The notes below the pieces were generated by a model. That model searched no databases, was not told the DNA's origin, and saw only the letters and a program-made list of their open reading frames with translations. DNA of 64,000 nucleotides from a virus. Positions 50,633-62,146 of this stretch are shown here, piece after piece. Within the stretch, counting starts at the first letter, position 1. Every line of letters starts with the position of its first letter. The stretch lies in IMG/VR virus record IMGVR_UViG_3300045988_109438; one strand, 5' to 3'. The translations under genes were made by a program, and so were the position numbers.

Positions 50633-51285
50633 CCTCCAGTAGTGTACAAAGATACATCTTCCTCCTCTACGTTTACACCTTTAATAGCCTGTAGAAGTTT
50701 TTTCTTTGTCTCCCGGCACATATTGTAACCATATCCTTTATACCGATATGAGCGCTCCCATGTACTTACTGGGAAAGGAATATTTTCGTCAATAACCAGC
50801 CTCTTCATATGAAGATGTTCGAAGAATTTCTCATGATAGAGTAGTTTGTACTCGTATGCTACTATACTTGCAGATGAGAATGGAAAATAATCATCTTCCT
50901 TTTCTTCGTATTTAGGCTCCTTATAGTAAGCCATTTTTGCCACAGTAAAGTCAAAGCTCCTAAGAATCTCTTCTGGTTTACCGAACTCTGACTCTATGAA
51001 CTCTACCCATACTTTTTCTCCCTCTTTCTGGAACGCGCATACCTTCTTATTTCTATATTTAAATTTCCATCCTTCTTTCTGATGTTTTTCATCATTGAAC
51101 AAATCAACAGCCTCCTGAAAATCGCTTTCACTTTCAAAGAAAATATCAATGTCTTTTACTCTTTCTCCGGAAAGGATATTTTTAAAACATCCACCAGCTA
51201 TGAATCCTTTGTGGCCTTCCATATACTTGTCAAGCCATCTTATTTGCCAGAAATTATCTGGAGTATCTATTACAAAATTATTCAT
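50623..51285 (-). CDS. nucleotidyltransferase, CCA-adding-enzyme/poly(A)-polymerase head-domain-like (Pol beta superfamily)
   Basis: GFIAGGCFKNILSGERVKDIDIFF (GG...DxD) and LRSFDFTVAKMAY (RDFTxNA-like third carboxylate motif). Confidence 0.6.
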   Translation of the reverse strand: MNNFVIDTPDNFWQIRWLDKYMEGHKGFIAGGCFKNILSGERVKDIDIFFESESDFQEAVDLFNDEKHQKEGWKFKYRNKKVCAFQKEGEKVWVEFIESEFGKPEEILRSFDFTVAKMAYYKEPKYEEKEDDYFPFSSASIVAYEYKLLYHEKFFEHLHMKRLVIDENIPFPVSTWERSYRYKGYGYNMCRETKKKLLQAIKGVNVEEEDVSLYTTGGWD

Positions 51286-51654
51286 ATTGCTTATGTTTTG
51301 CCGTTACCAAGCGAGATAAAAATTCCGCTTCACAATAATACAATGAGTGTAATTACTCAGGTCGATTCCGTTGTCCGTAAATGCATCCAGGACCCGTTTT
51401 TCCACGTATTTGAGTTTTACTGTTATCCCCTTCTTAAACACTTCTATTAACTTCTCATTGCACTCAATAGGCCCAATAAGACAGTATCTATTCGAAGGAC
51501 TGTCTGATATACAATATGTCTGACATCCTAACATGTTGCTTAAAATATCCTCATTCATGTTTTTATGATTTTAATATGATGTTTATAAACGTCGAAACTG
51601 ATAGTGATTACGCCGTATTTACATCGCTGATTTTGCTCCTTGATTTACTTGTTT

Positions 51655-52392
51655 TCATTTTTCTGGATTTTCAGTAGTTCCTAAAAGACATTCATTACCC
51701 TCAAAATGAATACAATAATCCCATAATGTTCCATTGGAACATTCGTACTTATAAGGCAATCCATTATAATCGTCCACAATTTCCCTTGCAAACAAACTGA
51801 TATTCCATTTTTTATTTCCTTCTTTTCTTACCAGCACTTTGTCAAACGGCTTAAAATCATATTTCGGCTCTTCTTTAATCCCGAAGAAGCGTTTCAGATA
51901 TTCTTTTGCTTTAGGATTTTCGCTTTTCTTTAACGCTTTAATCATCTTCTGTTTTTCCGAATCTGTTGCAAGTCTATAACATTCTATGTGGTTTTCGTGT
52001 GCAGCAATATTATCCGATATATTAAGACTTGTTCCCGCTGCAAGACTCGCATACAAAGATGTTAAATATTTCCCATTAGTATTTAAGATAAAAATAAAAT
52101 TTCCTTCTTCGTTGCTTAACACATCTCCATCTTTAAATGTAGTATATTCCGGGACTTCAAGAAGGAGGCGATTTTCGCTGCTAAATGCTTTTCCTGTAGC
52201 AGAAAACCAATCTGCCGATACAGAAATAGAATGAATTACAACCAATAACGGACAAATTGACGAATTGTCTTCATATACTATTTCTGCTCTATTTCGTCCT
52301 TTCTCTGTCACAATCTGACCTACTCTTTCCCCTATGTTTATTTTTTTTGCCGTTTCTAAATCAAACGGGATTGTTACCATTTTATATTCCAT
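51655..52392 (-). CDS. hypothetical protein, tandem paralog 1
   Basis: Shares IPFDLxTAxKI, DFKPFxxVLVR, W...LF.R, YEC, C..EGNE.LLGT with adjacent gene. Confidence 0.5.
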   Translation of the reverse strand: MEYKMVTIPFDLETAKKINIGERVGQIVTEKGRNRAEIVYEDNSSICPLLVVIHSISVSADWFSATGKAFSSENRLLLEVPEYTTFKDGDVLSNEEGNFIFILNTNGKYLTSLYASLAAGTSLNISDNIAAHENHIECYRLATDSEKQKMIKALKKSENPKAKEYLKRFFGIKEEPKYDFKPFDKVLVRKEGNKKWNISLFAREIVDDYNGLPYKYECSNGTLWDYCIHFEGNECLLGTTENPEK

Positions 52393-52396
52393 AATC

Positions 52397-53188
52397 TTAT
52401 TTGTTTTTATTGGTTCCTAAAAGATGTTCGTTCCCTTCGTATGGGATACACTGACTAAATGTTACGCCTCCTAAACATTCATATTTGTCATCTATTTCTG
52501 ATCTTCTGGAGAATAAATGCAATTTCCACCTCTCTTGGTTGGTTCTTCTCACCAACACTCGTTCAAATGGTTTGAAGTCACGTTTCGGCATCTCATCTAA
52601 TAGATACTCATATTCACTTAAATATCGTTTTATTATATCTATTTTTCTACTGTCTTCGACTTTTATAATCTTTTCTGCTAAAAATTTCTTCTCTTCTTCT
52701 ATAGCCTTTCTTACATGCCGTTTTTTATCTTCATCATACACATCAGTCCATAATCCGCTATGATCAAACTTAATATCTCCAGATGTTACCATTCCACATA
52801 TACTTCCCATTACCCCTTTGGTAATAAGTCCATCATATATAAATTGACATCCTTTAGTGCTTGTTAATACATCTCCTTTCTTAAAATACGCTCCAGCCTC
52901 TACCCTCAATTCCAGAGTGGTGCCGCCAATAATACAACCTTCCGTGTTGGCATATATAGCACTTATCCCATATCCATCTTTTTTTACAAAAAGCAAATTA
53001 TAAGGACCTGCACAGTCTTTCGACTCATATACAAATTCTATTTCAATATTATCAATTAATACCGAACCTTCTATTTCTCCGCTTTTAATTTTTCTCGCCG
53101 TATTTAAATCAAACGGAATAATAATTGCATTTTCCATATTTTTCTTGTTTTTAGTTGTTATAAAATAAGATGGGTTACTTACGCCCAT
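52397..53188 (-). CDS. hypothetical protein, tandem paralog 2
   Basis: As above. Confidence 0.5.
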   Translation of the reverse strand: MGVSNPSYFITTKNKKNMENAIIIPFDLNTARKIKSGEIEGSVLIDNIEIEFVYESKDCAGPYNLLFVKKDGYGISAIYANTEGCIIGGTTLELRVEAGAYFKKGDVLTSTKGCQFIYDGLITKGVMGSICGMVTSGDIKFDHSGLWTDVYDEDKKRHVRKAIEEEKKFLAEKIIKVEDSRKIDIIKRYLSEYEYLLDEMPKRDFKPFERVLVRRTNQERWKLHLFSRRSEIDDKYECLGGVTFSQCIPYEGNEHLLGTNKNK

Positions 53189-54243
53189 CCCAGTTGCTTT
53201 GCAATACTTTCCATCTCACTATACGCAATACGATGACATCCGGCTGTCAGTATATCGTTTTCATACCGGTTTATGCTCCACTTATTGCCACCCACGTCCT
53301 CTACCAGGCCATGCCGGAACTGGCCTCCCCGGTGCAACAGTGACACCATCTGCCACATCCTTCTGGCTTCTTCTATCCCGATTTTTATTTGTTTGCTCGT
53401 TTCAATAATTCCCCCTTTTATGCGCATCCAAGCATTTACGTCAGCACAATCAATAAAATAATATGAATGCAAGAAATTAAGTTCTCCCGACTTCCATTTT
53501 TCTAATTTTTCATAAAAATCCTTACGAAATTTGTCTAATTCTTCTTCCCTTGCCCTTCGCTTTTTTTCCTGTTTTGCTTCTATATTTATTCTATATTTTT
53601 CAACTCTTTCCCGATATTTCAACCAAGTTCCTTCACCACAAACTTCATCTACAATCACAATAACGGTTCCAAGGACTTCCAGTGCTTGATGATTCAATAA
53701 TATCTGGAAAACACGTTTCAACTCACGGACATGTTCACGTTTAATCTTATCTGATTTCCATGATAATTCATGGTTAGTTCCAAGCCATTCGTTTGCGCTC
53801 TTTTTAAGAAGACGCCGGGGAGTCCCCATATCGAAGAACTCAATATAATCCATCAGATTTTTAAAATTCCCCCAAACATCCCGATAAGACAATTCGGTTC
53901 TGGCTTTCTTGTATTTTTCAATAGCATCTTTAATACATTCCAACATATTGGTAACAAAGAGCATGTTACCGATACAATATGATATATTACATTCAACATA
54001 GAACACCTTTGAGCCAGTTGGTATTGCTTCACGAACATAATATTGATGCCTGCTTGTAGTAAAAGAATAGTATGTATCATTAATCAAATACGCCTTTTCT
54101 CCACGCTTGTTTCGCACGATTCTTCCGACCTCAAAATGTCTTCCATAGGAGTAAATACTTTCACCTTCAAAATAGAAATTACTACCATTTGCAGATTCTT
54201 GCTTTTCGTTTGCCCACAAGTGAGCGACCATTGAATTGTTCAT
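53179..54243 (-). CDS. hypothetical protein (354 aa)
   Basis: ORF. Confidence 0.5.
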   Translation of the reverse strand: MNNSMVAHLWANEKQESANGSNFYFEGESIYSYGRHFEVGRIVRNKRGEKAYLINDTYYSFTTSRHQYYVREAIPTGSKVFYVECNISYCIGNMLFVTNMLECIKDAIEKYKKARTELSYRDVWGNFKNLMDYIEFFDMGTPRRLLKKSANEWLGTNHELSWKSDKIKREHVRELKRVFQILLNHQALEVLGTVIVIVDEVCGEGTWLKYRERVEKYRINIEAKQEKKRRAREEELDKFRKDFYEKLEKWKSGELNFLHSYYFIDCADVNAWMRIKGGIIETSKQIKIGIEEARRMWQMVSLLHRGGQFRHGLVEDVGGNKWSINRYENDILTAGCHRIAYSEMESIAKQLGWA

Positions 54244-55018
54244 ATAAATATCTTTTTAATTGTTTAACTTACCTTTATCATATGACATTCTTTTTTCGTA
54301 TTTTTCAATACGTTCGATTATCATATCGCAGAAGACTTGCCCATCTTTTTCGGAACCTCTGAAGTAACCGATCATCTTCAGGATATTCCCGTTAAACTCA
54401 TGGACAAACTTGTTATAATAATGTTCACCCATAACTTTCCCGTATTTTCCCATAAACAAATCCTTGTCTAACGACTCATCCTTGAAACAACGGTTGTAAT
54501 CCCATCTTACAATACGAAACAATGTTTCAAAATCCAATCTTTCCATATCCTGTATTTTATTTAAGCTCAAACTTAATACCTTCCGGCAACTGAGAGCGGT
54601 CTACCTTATTCACAAAATCATCAAACTCTTCCTGTGTGATTTTTTTCTCCATAACCGTTCCAGTATAAAATCACTCATGGTATTGGCATGTTCTCTAAGA
54701 TCATACCAGTCCATTTCTTCAATATCCCAAGGTCTATTCTCCTTTATATGTGGATAGAATACGTTTGTGTCCCCTATCTCCAAATTAATCAACTCATCTA
54801 TTATCGATTCCGGTTTGCCAACAATGAAATACCAATGCGTCGAAATCTCTTCTTTATCAAATTCTTCCCATTCATTATTCCAAAACTCTTTTGATGTCAT
54901 GGATGGGCACTCACTCATTAACTTCTCCCAAGCCTTCTTATCTTTGTTTCTAGACCAATAGACTTCTCTGTTTTGCTCTGTAATAGGAATTTTTATTATT
55001 TTCATATCTGTATAGGTT

Positions 55019-55432
55019 TTAAAAGAAACTCCAACAAAATGTTACGATAAATCCTCCCACTCCGTATTCAGCAAGTTGCTTAAACGATTCTATCCCATTG
55101 CAATAACAAAAAACATCATCATTGTCATCATCGTTGATGCTCAATGATAGTTTTATTGTCTTTCTTTGTTCATCTCCTGTCTCTTTCCGTACAATCTGAC
55201 ATTCTACGTATTCAGGCTCCTTCCCTGTTCTTTCTACAAATTCATGAAATCTTAAATCAATTTCATGTTTGACTTCTTCAATGTTGGATATTATCACCTC
55301 GTTTTCACAATTCGAGCAAATAGCATGCATGAAAGATCCATCAAAATAATCTATTATTTTTCCGGTATTCGGATTTACTATGGCTTCACAGGCAACATTT
55401 GTTCCACCACATCTTGTACATATATATCCCAT
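55019..55432 (-). CDS. zinc-ribbon protein
   Basis: CTRCGG...C and CSNCEN. Confidence 0.4.
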   Translation of the reverse strand: MGYICTRCGGTNVACEAIVNPNTGKIIDYFDGSFMHAICSNCENEVIISNIEEVKHEIDLRFHEFVERTGKEPEYVECQIVRKETGDEQRKTIKLSLSINDDDNDDVFCYCNGIESFKQLAEYGVGGFIVTFCWSFF

Positions 55433-55576
55433 AATTATCTGTTTTTAAAATGTTCAACAATTTCATCTACTGTAGCATTACGCCACGCAGAGCAGGCCGC
55501 GTCTCCTCTGAACCGGAACTCTTCGCGCTTTACCCACCTGTCTCCTGCGGCGTCCGTCACTATCAGCCATTACAAC

Positions 55577-56386
55577 CTATTCTTCTAAGCCATTCTCTAT
55601 CATGACTTCCTTTATCAATTCATCTGTCTCCTCGTAACATCCCCAGCAAGAATCAACCTCTTCCCATTCTTCGCAATCTTCATCCTCTCTTGATTCGTCT
55701 TTGTATTTCTTGGTAAATGCTACCTTCTTTTCAAGAACGTACCCTTTTACATCTCCCCACATCCACATACCTATGGACTTTACTTCATTATCTATAATTT
55801 TGGCACAATCTTCTTTCCAGTCTCCTTCTTTGTTGCAGACTTCATTATCATATTTTTCTTTTGTAACGTATGCTATCCCTTTTATATAATCACCTTGATT
55901 ATAACCCCTTGTCGACCACTCTATAGCTACCACATCTTTTCCATATTTGGATATGATATCTAACAGGTCTTCATCATCCAGATCCTCTATTAATTCTCCT
56001 CTGCAATCAAAGTCCTTCAAATCACCTGGTGAAAACTCTTGACCTATATATAGACTTGTCTTATGTTTCAACTCCCATACATTGCCACCTCTGTTGTATG
56101 TGAATGAGATCCCATTCGCTTCCCCTTTCTTTAAATATTTTACAATGTCTTTCTGTTCTATATGCTTCATTACAATAGCATCAATAACATCTCTAAGATC
56201 ATGCTTGTTATCGTAGAAGAAAGTTTTCCAATTGCATTCATCATGTAATCGATGTGTATCTGAGTATTCAAAAAAGAATGACCCAAACAAACCCCAATTA
56301 GTTATAGGACATTCTGAATCACGGCAATAATACACTTTAATGCGATAATCGCCTACTTCTTTTGTTGTAATAAGATCGTCTTCCAT
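55577..56386 (-). CDS. hypothetical protein with strongly acidic Cys-containing C-terminus
   Basis: ORF. Confidence 0.45.
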   Translation of the reverse strand: MEDDLITTKEVGDYRIKVYYCRDSECPITNWGLFGSFFFEYSDTHRLHDECNWKTFFYDNKHDLRDVIDAIVMKHIEQKDIVKYLKKGEANGISFTYNRGGNVWELKHKTSLYIGQEFSPGDLKDFDCRGELIEDLDDEDLLDIISKYGKDVVAIEWSTRGYNQGDYIKGIAYVTKEKYDNEVCNKEGDWKEDCAKIIDNEVKSIGMWMWGDVKGYVLEKKVAFTKKYKDESREDEDCEEWEEVDSCWGCYEETDELIKEVMIENGLEE

Positions 56387-58939
56387 GTCTTTATATTTTA
56401 AATAGTTCTTAATTTTTCTTCGATAAATGCATCTATTTCATCATAGTATGATCCATCAAAATCACAATTCCCATATTCCTCTGCAAACTCTTTAGCCCAC
56501 CCTTGAATGATGTCAAATGCCTCTTCCCTGCTACATTCTTTTAATCCCGTTTGCTTTAGCTATGGGAGTATGTCAAAGAGTGAATACTATATATCTAACA
56601 CCATAACTGTTATGTTTGTATGATACTAAGAAACCCTCATAACGAGCAAAATCAATTGCTATCTGTTCATGTACCATACGAATCGTGTTACCGTTAGGCG
56701 ATACATCGGTTTCTCGAATATGCTTGTCGCAAATAAAACTTGCATATCCATACGCCTTAATTAGACGAGAGATTTTACTAATAAATTCGTCCTTACTAAA
56801 TGGTGCTTCTTGCGCTATTTCCATACGCAATTTTTCTGCTGCTGTCATAATATTAATTTATTATTCTACATCAATTATTCCATACTCTGCCACTTCCAAC
56901 ACATCCTGTACTATTTCCGGATAGTCAGTTGTATCTAACGAAGCATCTTGTACGTATGCTTCTGCTAATTTCTTGGCTTCTTCAAACGATTCGGCTTGTA
57001 TATATAAGTCAAGCGTCAATGAAAACGGGTATAACATAGCTAATCGGTTATTCTGTAATAATAATCAAGTTCTTCTCCCTTAAAGTTGCTCATGGCATAC
57101 TCGTCAGCTTCTCGCCACAACCGGTCATACAATGCAGCCAGTTCACGATTGCTTTCATAATGCTGCCAGATTTTATGATTCAATACGAGCGTTAATTCCG
57201 TGAAGAACTTATAATCGTCTTTCCATTCATTGAACGCACGTCTGTAGGTATCTTTGACACCTACTATACCATACTTGTCGGCTATACTAAAATCTTCCCA
57301 AAAGGTAGTCAGTAGGTTATAGCCCACTTCTTTCATAAATTCTTTGAATGTCATAAACTATTATTTTAGGTATATAATTATCTTATCTTATCAATGACCT
57401 CTCTCTTGAACTCGTAATATTCATATATGCGACCTTTATAATCAGCCACCATTTCTTAAAATTACTTCTGCTTCTTCTGCGCTGTTAAGTTTTAATTCGT
57501 TTCCCATTTTATGTATTGTTTTCGCCGTTCACTATCTGATTAATGTATGGCCCTGGCCACGAACAGCCAGGCTGGCCTCATGGCAGGACGGGCGCCTCCT
57601 TACCCTGGCTGCTCTGCCCACTCCCTGTATCCTACGTTAAAACCAATAGGATCATACCTTTTGATCATAGTACCATAATTCTCTCTACCGCAATACCTGT
57701 TCTTTCCTCCAATGATCCATGCCTCATCGTCTCTATCTGGAGATATGGAGTTAAGAAACTTCTCATAATCTTTTCTACTCTTTCCCATCTTTGTCTTGAT
57801 TTAAGCAATAGTTAATAAAATAAGCAACCTGTTCATTTTCCCCTGTATTATCAAAATCACCTAAAGTCATATCATCATAGTCCAGCAGAACCATACGAAA
57901 ATCGTTTTTTTTGACATACACCTCCGTTAAAAACATAGGAATCCCAGCAATTTCTATTATCACCGGAAACTGATCATCAAAGTCAAACGCATTATTATCT
58001 TCTCCCCATTTTTTAAATTTTAGCTTTATACTTCCACCATTCTCCACTAATGCCTCTTTGATGTACTTTAATCTTTTTGCATTCAGATCAATCTCTGCTT
58101 TTTCTATTTCTTTGTACAATTCATTCAGATCCATATTCCACTATATTTATATTGTCAAATTTTTCTTTTATAATATCCAAAGCACCGCACTCGTTTGTTA
58201 CCATAACATACTTTCCCGGCTTCATTCCTTTATTCTCCTTATCTTTAAATTGTTATTCCCACAGTATTCCTTCAGCCAACTATCCGTTAGATAACGATTA
58301 ACTCTATCGTATTTCTTTTTCGGACCCTTGCTCCAGAATTTCCATTCGTTTGTGATATTGTACCCATATTTATCAAACCAATAGATATAATACACTACGT
58401 TACCATATAAATCCACTCTTTTTCTTTCCTGTATGACTACCTCATAAGGTATCTCCTTGTCTCTTTTTCCCATCTTTGTCCTCCTTCCTTGAATAAAAAA
58501 AACGGCGCCTATCTTCGCAGACCAGTGCCGGTAACTAACTTACATGGAAAACTACTTAACCTCAACTAATTCTACAGAGCTGTAGAATTTAGTGAAGCTA
58601 CCAACAAATTCTCTTATATTTTTATATTCTTCTGGTCGTTTTCTGTTACCATCTTTTATATAATTCACCCACAGTCTATCCTCTATGTTCTTAATCGCAT
58701 TCTCTATCGTAAATTCGTCGCTGACGCTCATTAAACACGAAGACCCGGTTTTCTTATGTGGTTTATATATCCTTGAAAAAGACCACATTTTTATTCTATC
58801 ATATATATATCCGTTGTTGGGATAAACGAATCCTATCCGGCTGTCACCTTCTTTAGCGTAAAACACACCTGGCTCCTTCCCGCCCTTTCTATATACTACA
58901 AATCCTTTTTCTTTTAGGATATTAACCACTTTATCTAAT

Positions 58940-59413
58940 TTATTTTCTACGTTCATTTTCATGCAAAAATTTAAAAACGACCCTCATTATAGTTGCGGAG
59001 TTCTCTACCTTAACCCACTCATGAGCTACTGCTCTAAGTACAGACGTTTCATATGTTGGGACATTGTCTTCTTCAACCACCTTACAAGAAGCCAGAACTC
59101 CTTCAGTCGGCTTTAGTCCACGGTCATGCAGCTCGCAGAGACCGTCTGGCCGGCGGAACACGCACCACCCGTCTTTCTCTGTTGGCTGGATCATCGCTAT
59201 TGGTCTTTCTTTCACTGCAAGATACCCCACCATCCACATTGTCTCTTTTAGCCTGTCAGCATATCCTGCATCTATGATAGCTTCCATGTCCTTTGGTGTA
59301 CCAATACAAGGAACCTTACACATGTTCTTGCATTTATCACATGTACAAGGCTGCTCCCATCTATTATGATCTATGCCAACCAATCTCTTTATCCGTTCTA
59401 CTTCCTCTTTCAT
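58940..59413 (-). CDS. Cys-rich protein (CTCDKCKNMC...C; possible CxxCxxCC metal-binding domain)
   Basis: Cys spacing only. Confidence 0.35.
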   Translation of the reverse strand: MKEEVERIKRLVGIDHNRWEQPCTCDKCKNMCKVPCIGTPKDMEAIIDAGYADRLKETMWMVGYLAVKERPIAMIQPTEKDGWCVFRRPDGLCELHDRGLKPTEGVLASCKVVEEDNVPTYETSVLRAVAHEWVKVENSATIMRVVFKFLHENERRK

Positions 59414-60615
59414 ATTATACTGTCTCTGTTAGTTTTTCATAATACAACTTCATTTCCGGTGAAGCGTATTCCATGAACGCTTCGAATAAGCGAGGCACCT
59501 CTATTATCATATTCACATTACAACCTTCTGCCTGTGAAAGCGATTCAAGATCATTACTGTATGAACATGTTACATGAGCTCCTATATTAAACACATGTAA
59601 ATCTAATCTTGCATATTCCATACATAAATCTAACGCTTTAAACAAGTTCTCTACCTCAATCTCCTGAAATAGGTCTATAAACATTCTTAAATCCATCATT
59701 TTATCACCCTTTCCACGTGTTTAATTAATACTACTGCTATTCCCTTACCGGTTTTTATCGCACATTCCGACCCTTTTATCCATTCTACACACCCTACATA
59801 CTTTTCCGTAGCATGAAATCTGGGATTGTATTTTCCAGATGTACTGAACTCTACCGTATCCCCTACCTTCAAATCATCAAAAGCAATAGACCATGTGGTC
59901 CAAATTCTATCATGTCTCCCAGGCTGAATGGCTCCGATTACGCCTTTTTTACGACCGTTTTTTATCGCCCTTAGTATTATCTTTCTATCACCTTCGATAA
60001 GGCTGCAAAAGCGCCCGTAAAAGGTCAAATCAACCTGTTTTCCTCCTATTTCTTCTCTTATTTTTGTTATTCTGTTCATTTTCTGATTTTGTTTTATTTT
60101 TTTCTTTGTTTTTTCTATCTTCTATAGAAGATGATAATAACATTATCTTTTCTATGTTACTTTTTGACTGTAAAAAAGAATCGCATTTCATTACTACTAC
60201 CACCTTCTTAAGCTCCCCATTATCGTATAGCGATACACGCATCATGTTTTGCGCCTCGTCCACTATCAGACCTGGAGTAGTCTTAGCCATTTTACGTAGC
60301 TTGTTATACTCCGGTCTTTCCATTTCCTCTGTTTATTACTCTATAGTATTTATCCTTATCCCCTTCTTTCAACTTCTCCAGATAGAAAATTCCATCATGT
60401 AAATGAGACAAACAAAACCTGTATCCGTATTTCTGTACTCTTCTTACATGATCTCGCAGTCTTATCTCTTCACTTTTGTCTTGTACTTTGATCTTAATAC
60501 TGTCTCCTTCTTTGATTGTGTATAAAATAGTTTGAATCTCTTCTTTTTTCATCTTATAAAATATTTTAACGGCAGCACCTATACTCACGCACCACTACTG
60601 CCTTATGTTTAACAA

Positions 60616-61425
60616 TTAAATACTTAACTCTTCAATGGTCAAGCCTTTTTCTTTTGCCCACTTTAGCATCGCGCATAATTCTGTTTCTGACTTATATTTC
60701 GGATCACGCCACGCCCATCCGAATTTATCCAGGACATGATGATATAATTCGTCGGCCTTTGCCGTGTAAATGTCTTTGAATAAATGCTCCGAACCTTCTG
60801 GTATAAGCATCTCTGTTGTTGCAAAATCGGAATACGACAAACATCCGTAAGCATATTCTGTTATTTCACTCCACGCTTCTCCGGCTTTAAATCCAAATTC
60901 TTTTACAAAAGCCAAAGTTAGATACATATTTAATAATATTGTTACATCATATCCCGAATCTGACTTTCTTTCTATTATTTTCTTTTCAAATTCCTTTAAA
61001 TCTTCAGGCCCTAAAAAGATGTATCCTGATACCGACCGGCAATTAGCCTCCGCATACTTCTTGCATTTATCATCATTGGCAATCTTACCAATGTTAGATA
61101 ACATCTTTTGCCTCCATTCATCACAAAACTCTACCCTTACATCCATCCAATCAGTACCATAATTGCGATCTTTTGGATGTCCGACCGATATTACCTTTAT
61201 GTTATTCACACCATATTCATAAAGGCGTTCGCCCACCTTATTCGCCCATTCCTGTACAAAAGGAATAAACTTATTGTAATAAGAATCAAAATCAAAATCC
61301 GATTCCTCCTCATATTCTGGCATCTCTTCATAATCCTGTTCAAAGAAATGACGAGGATCTGCTATTGTTTCGTAGAAACTTACGTTAATGAAACAAAACT
61401 CGTTGGTTGTCGTTTTTAATATCAT
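60616..61425 (-). CDS. hypothetical protein (269 aa)
   Basis: ORF. Confidence 0.45.
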   Translation of the reverse strand: MILKTTTNEFCFINVSFYETIADPRHFFEQDYEEMPEYEEESDFDFDSYYNKFIPFVQEWANKVGERLYEYGVNNIKVISVGHPKDRNYGTDWMDVRVEFCDEWRQKMLSNIGKIANDDKCKKYAEANCRSVSGYIFLGPEDLKEFEKKIIERKSDSGYDVTILLNMYLTLAFVKEFGFKAGEAWSEITEYAYGCLSYSDFATTEMLIPEGSEHLFKDIYTAKADELYHHVLDKFGWAWRDPKYKSETELCAMLKWAKEKGLTIEELSI

Positions 61426-62049
61426 AACTTTTTGTATTTACGTACATTTTTCTTGCCATAGAATCTACACATGGCACGAATCTGACTATAAAATACTTTT
61501 GTCCTCCTGGCCTCAAAGTATTTAAACATTTCTTCATTCTTTGTTTCCCAAACGTAATCCGTTTGGGAACTCATGCGATCTTTCTCCTTGCGTGAATAAT
61601 GGTAATATGATACCACAACACGTTTCATACCATTCTTTACAGGTACGATATTTACGTCTATACTATTCTCTGTCATATTATTATTGTTTTATGCATTATA
61701 CAAATACAAAGAGCGCATACCTTCACAGGCCGGCGCTCCTTTCAATAAAAATGAAAAAACTAATATTACATAAACATATTGTTTTCTACTCTTTATTACA
61801 ATACTTTTGTTCCGCAATTATTATATCTTCCGTACTCTTTTTTCGTATCATTCAAGATTTCAAAAACCATCTTCTTGTGATCTTCGTTTGGTAACCTATC
61901 CTTAACAGCCGATATTACGCCCGCTATAGACGTAAAGCCTGAATCTGTTATTGAACACAGCAACACGCCTCTGTCGGCTCCGGTGCTTATTGCTGACGCC
62001 TTTATAATATCATTCTTATATATTCTCATAACTTTTTTGTTTTATTGTT

Positions 62050-62146
62050 TGTGAGATGCCCAGAATCGAACCAGGACCGGCACATACGCACCGGCACGCC
62101 GCGTCATCCCCCTCTATGATGCAGAAATAGGCATGCCTATCCTCAC
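62050..62146 (-). ncRNA. tRNA-like GC-rich element #1 (97 nt): terminal 7-bp helix GTGAGGA/ATCTCAC, canonical-looking T-arm CCTGG-TTCGATT-CTGGG; not a clean cloverleaf
   Basis: Read on minus strand; intergenic; shares 3' 26 nt with element #2 and CATAGAGGGGGA block with element #3. Confidence 0.35.

Noticed and set aside
57355-57540. Two tiny minus-strand ORFs (21 and 24 aa) in the 57355..57599 gap possibly joined by frameshift
   Set aside because: Too short and no motif support; gap more plausibly regulatory or part of the GC-rich element at 57540..57620.
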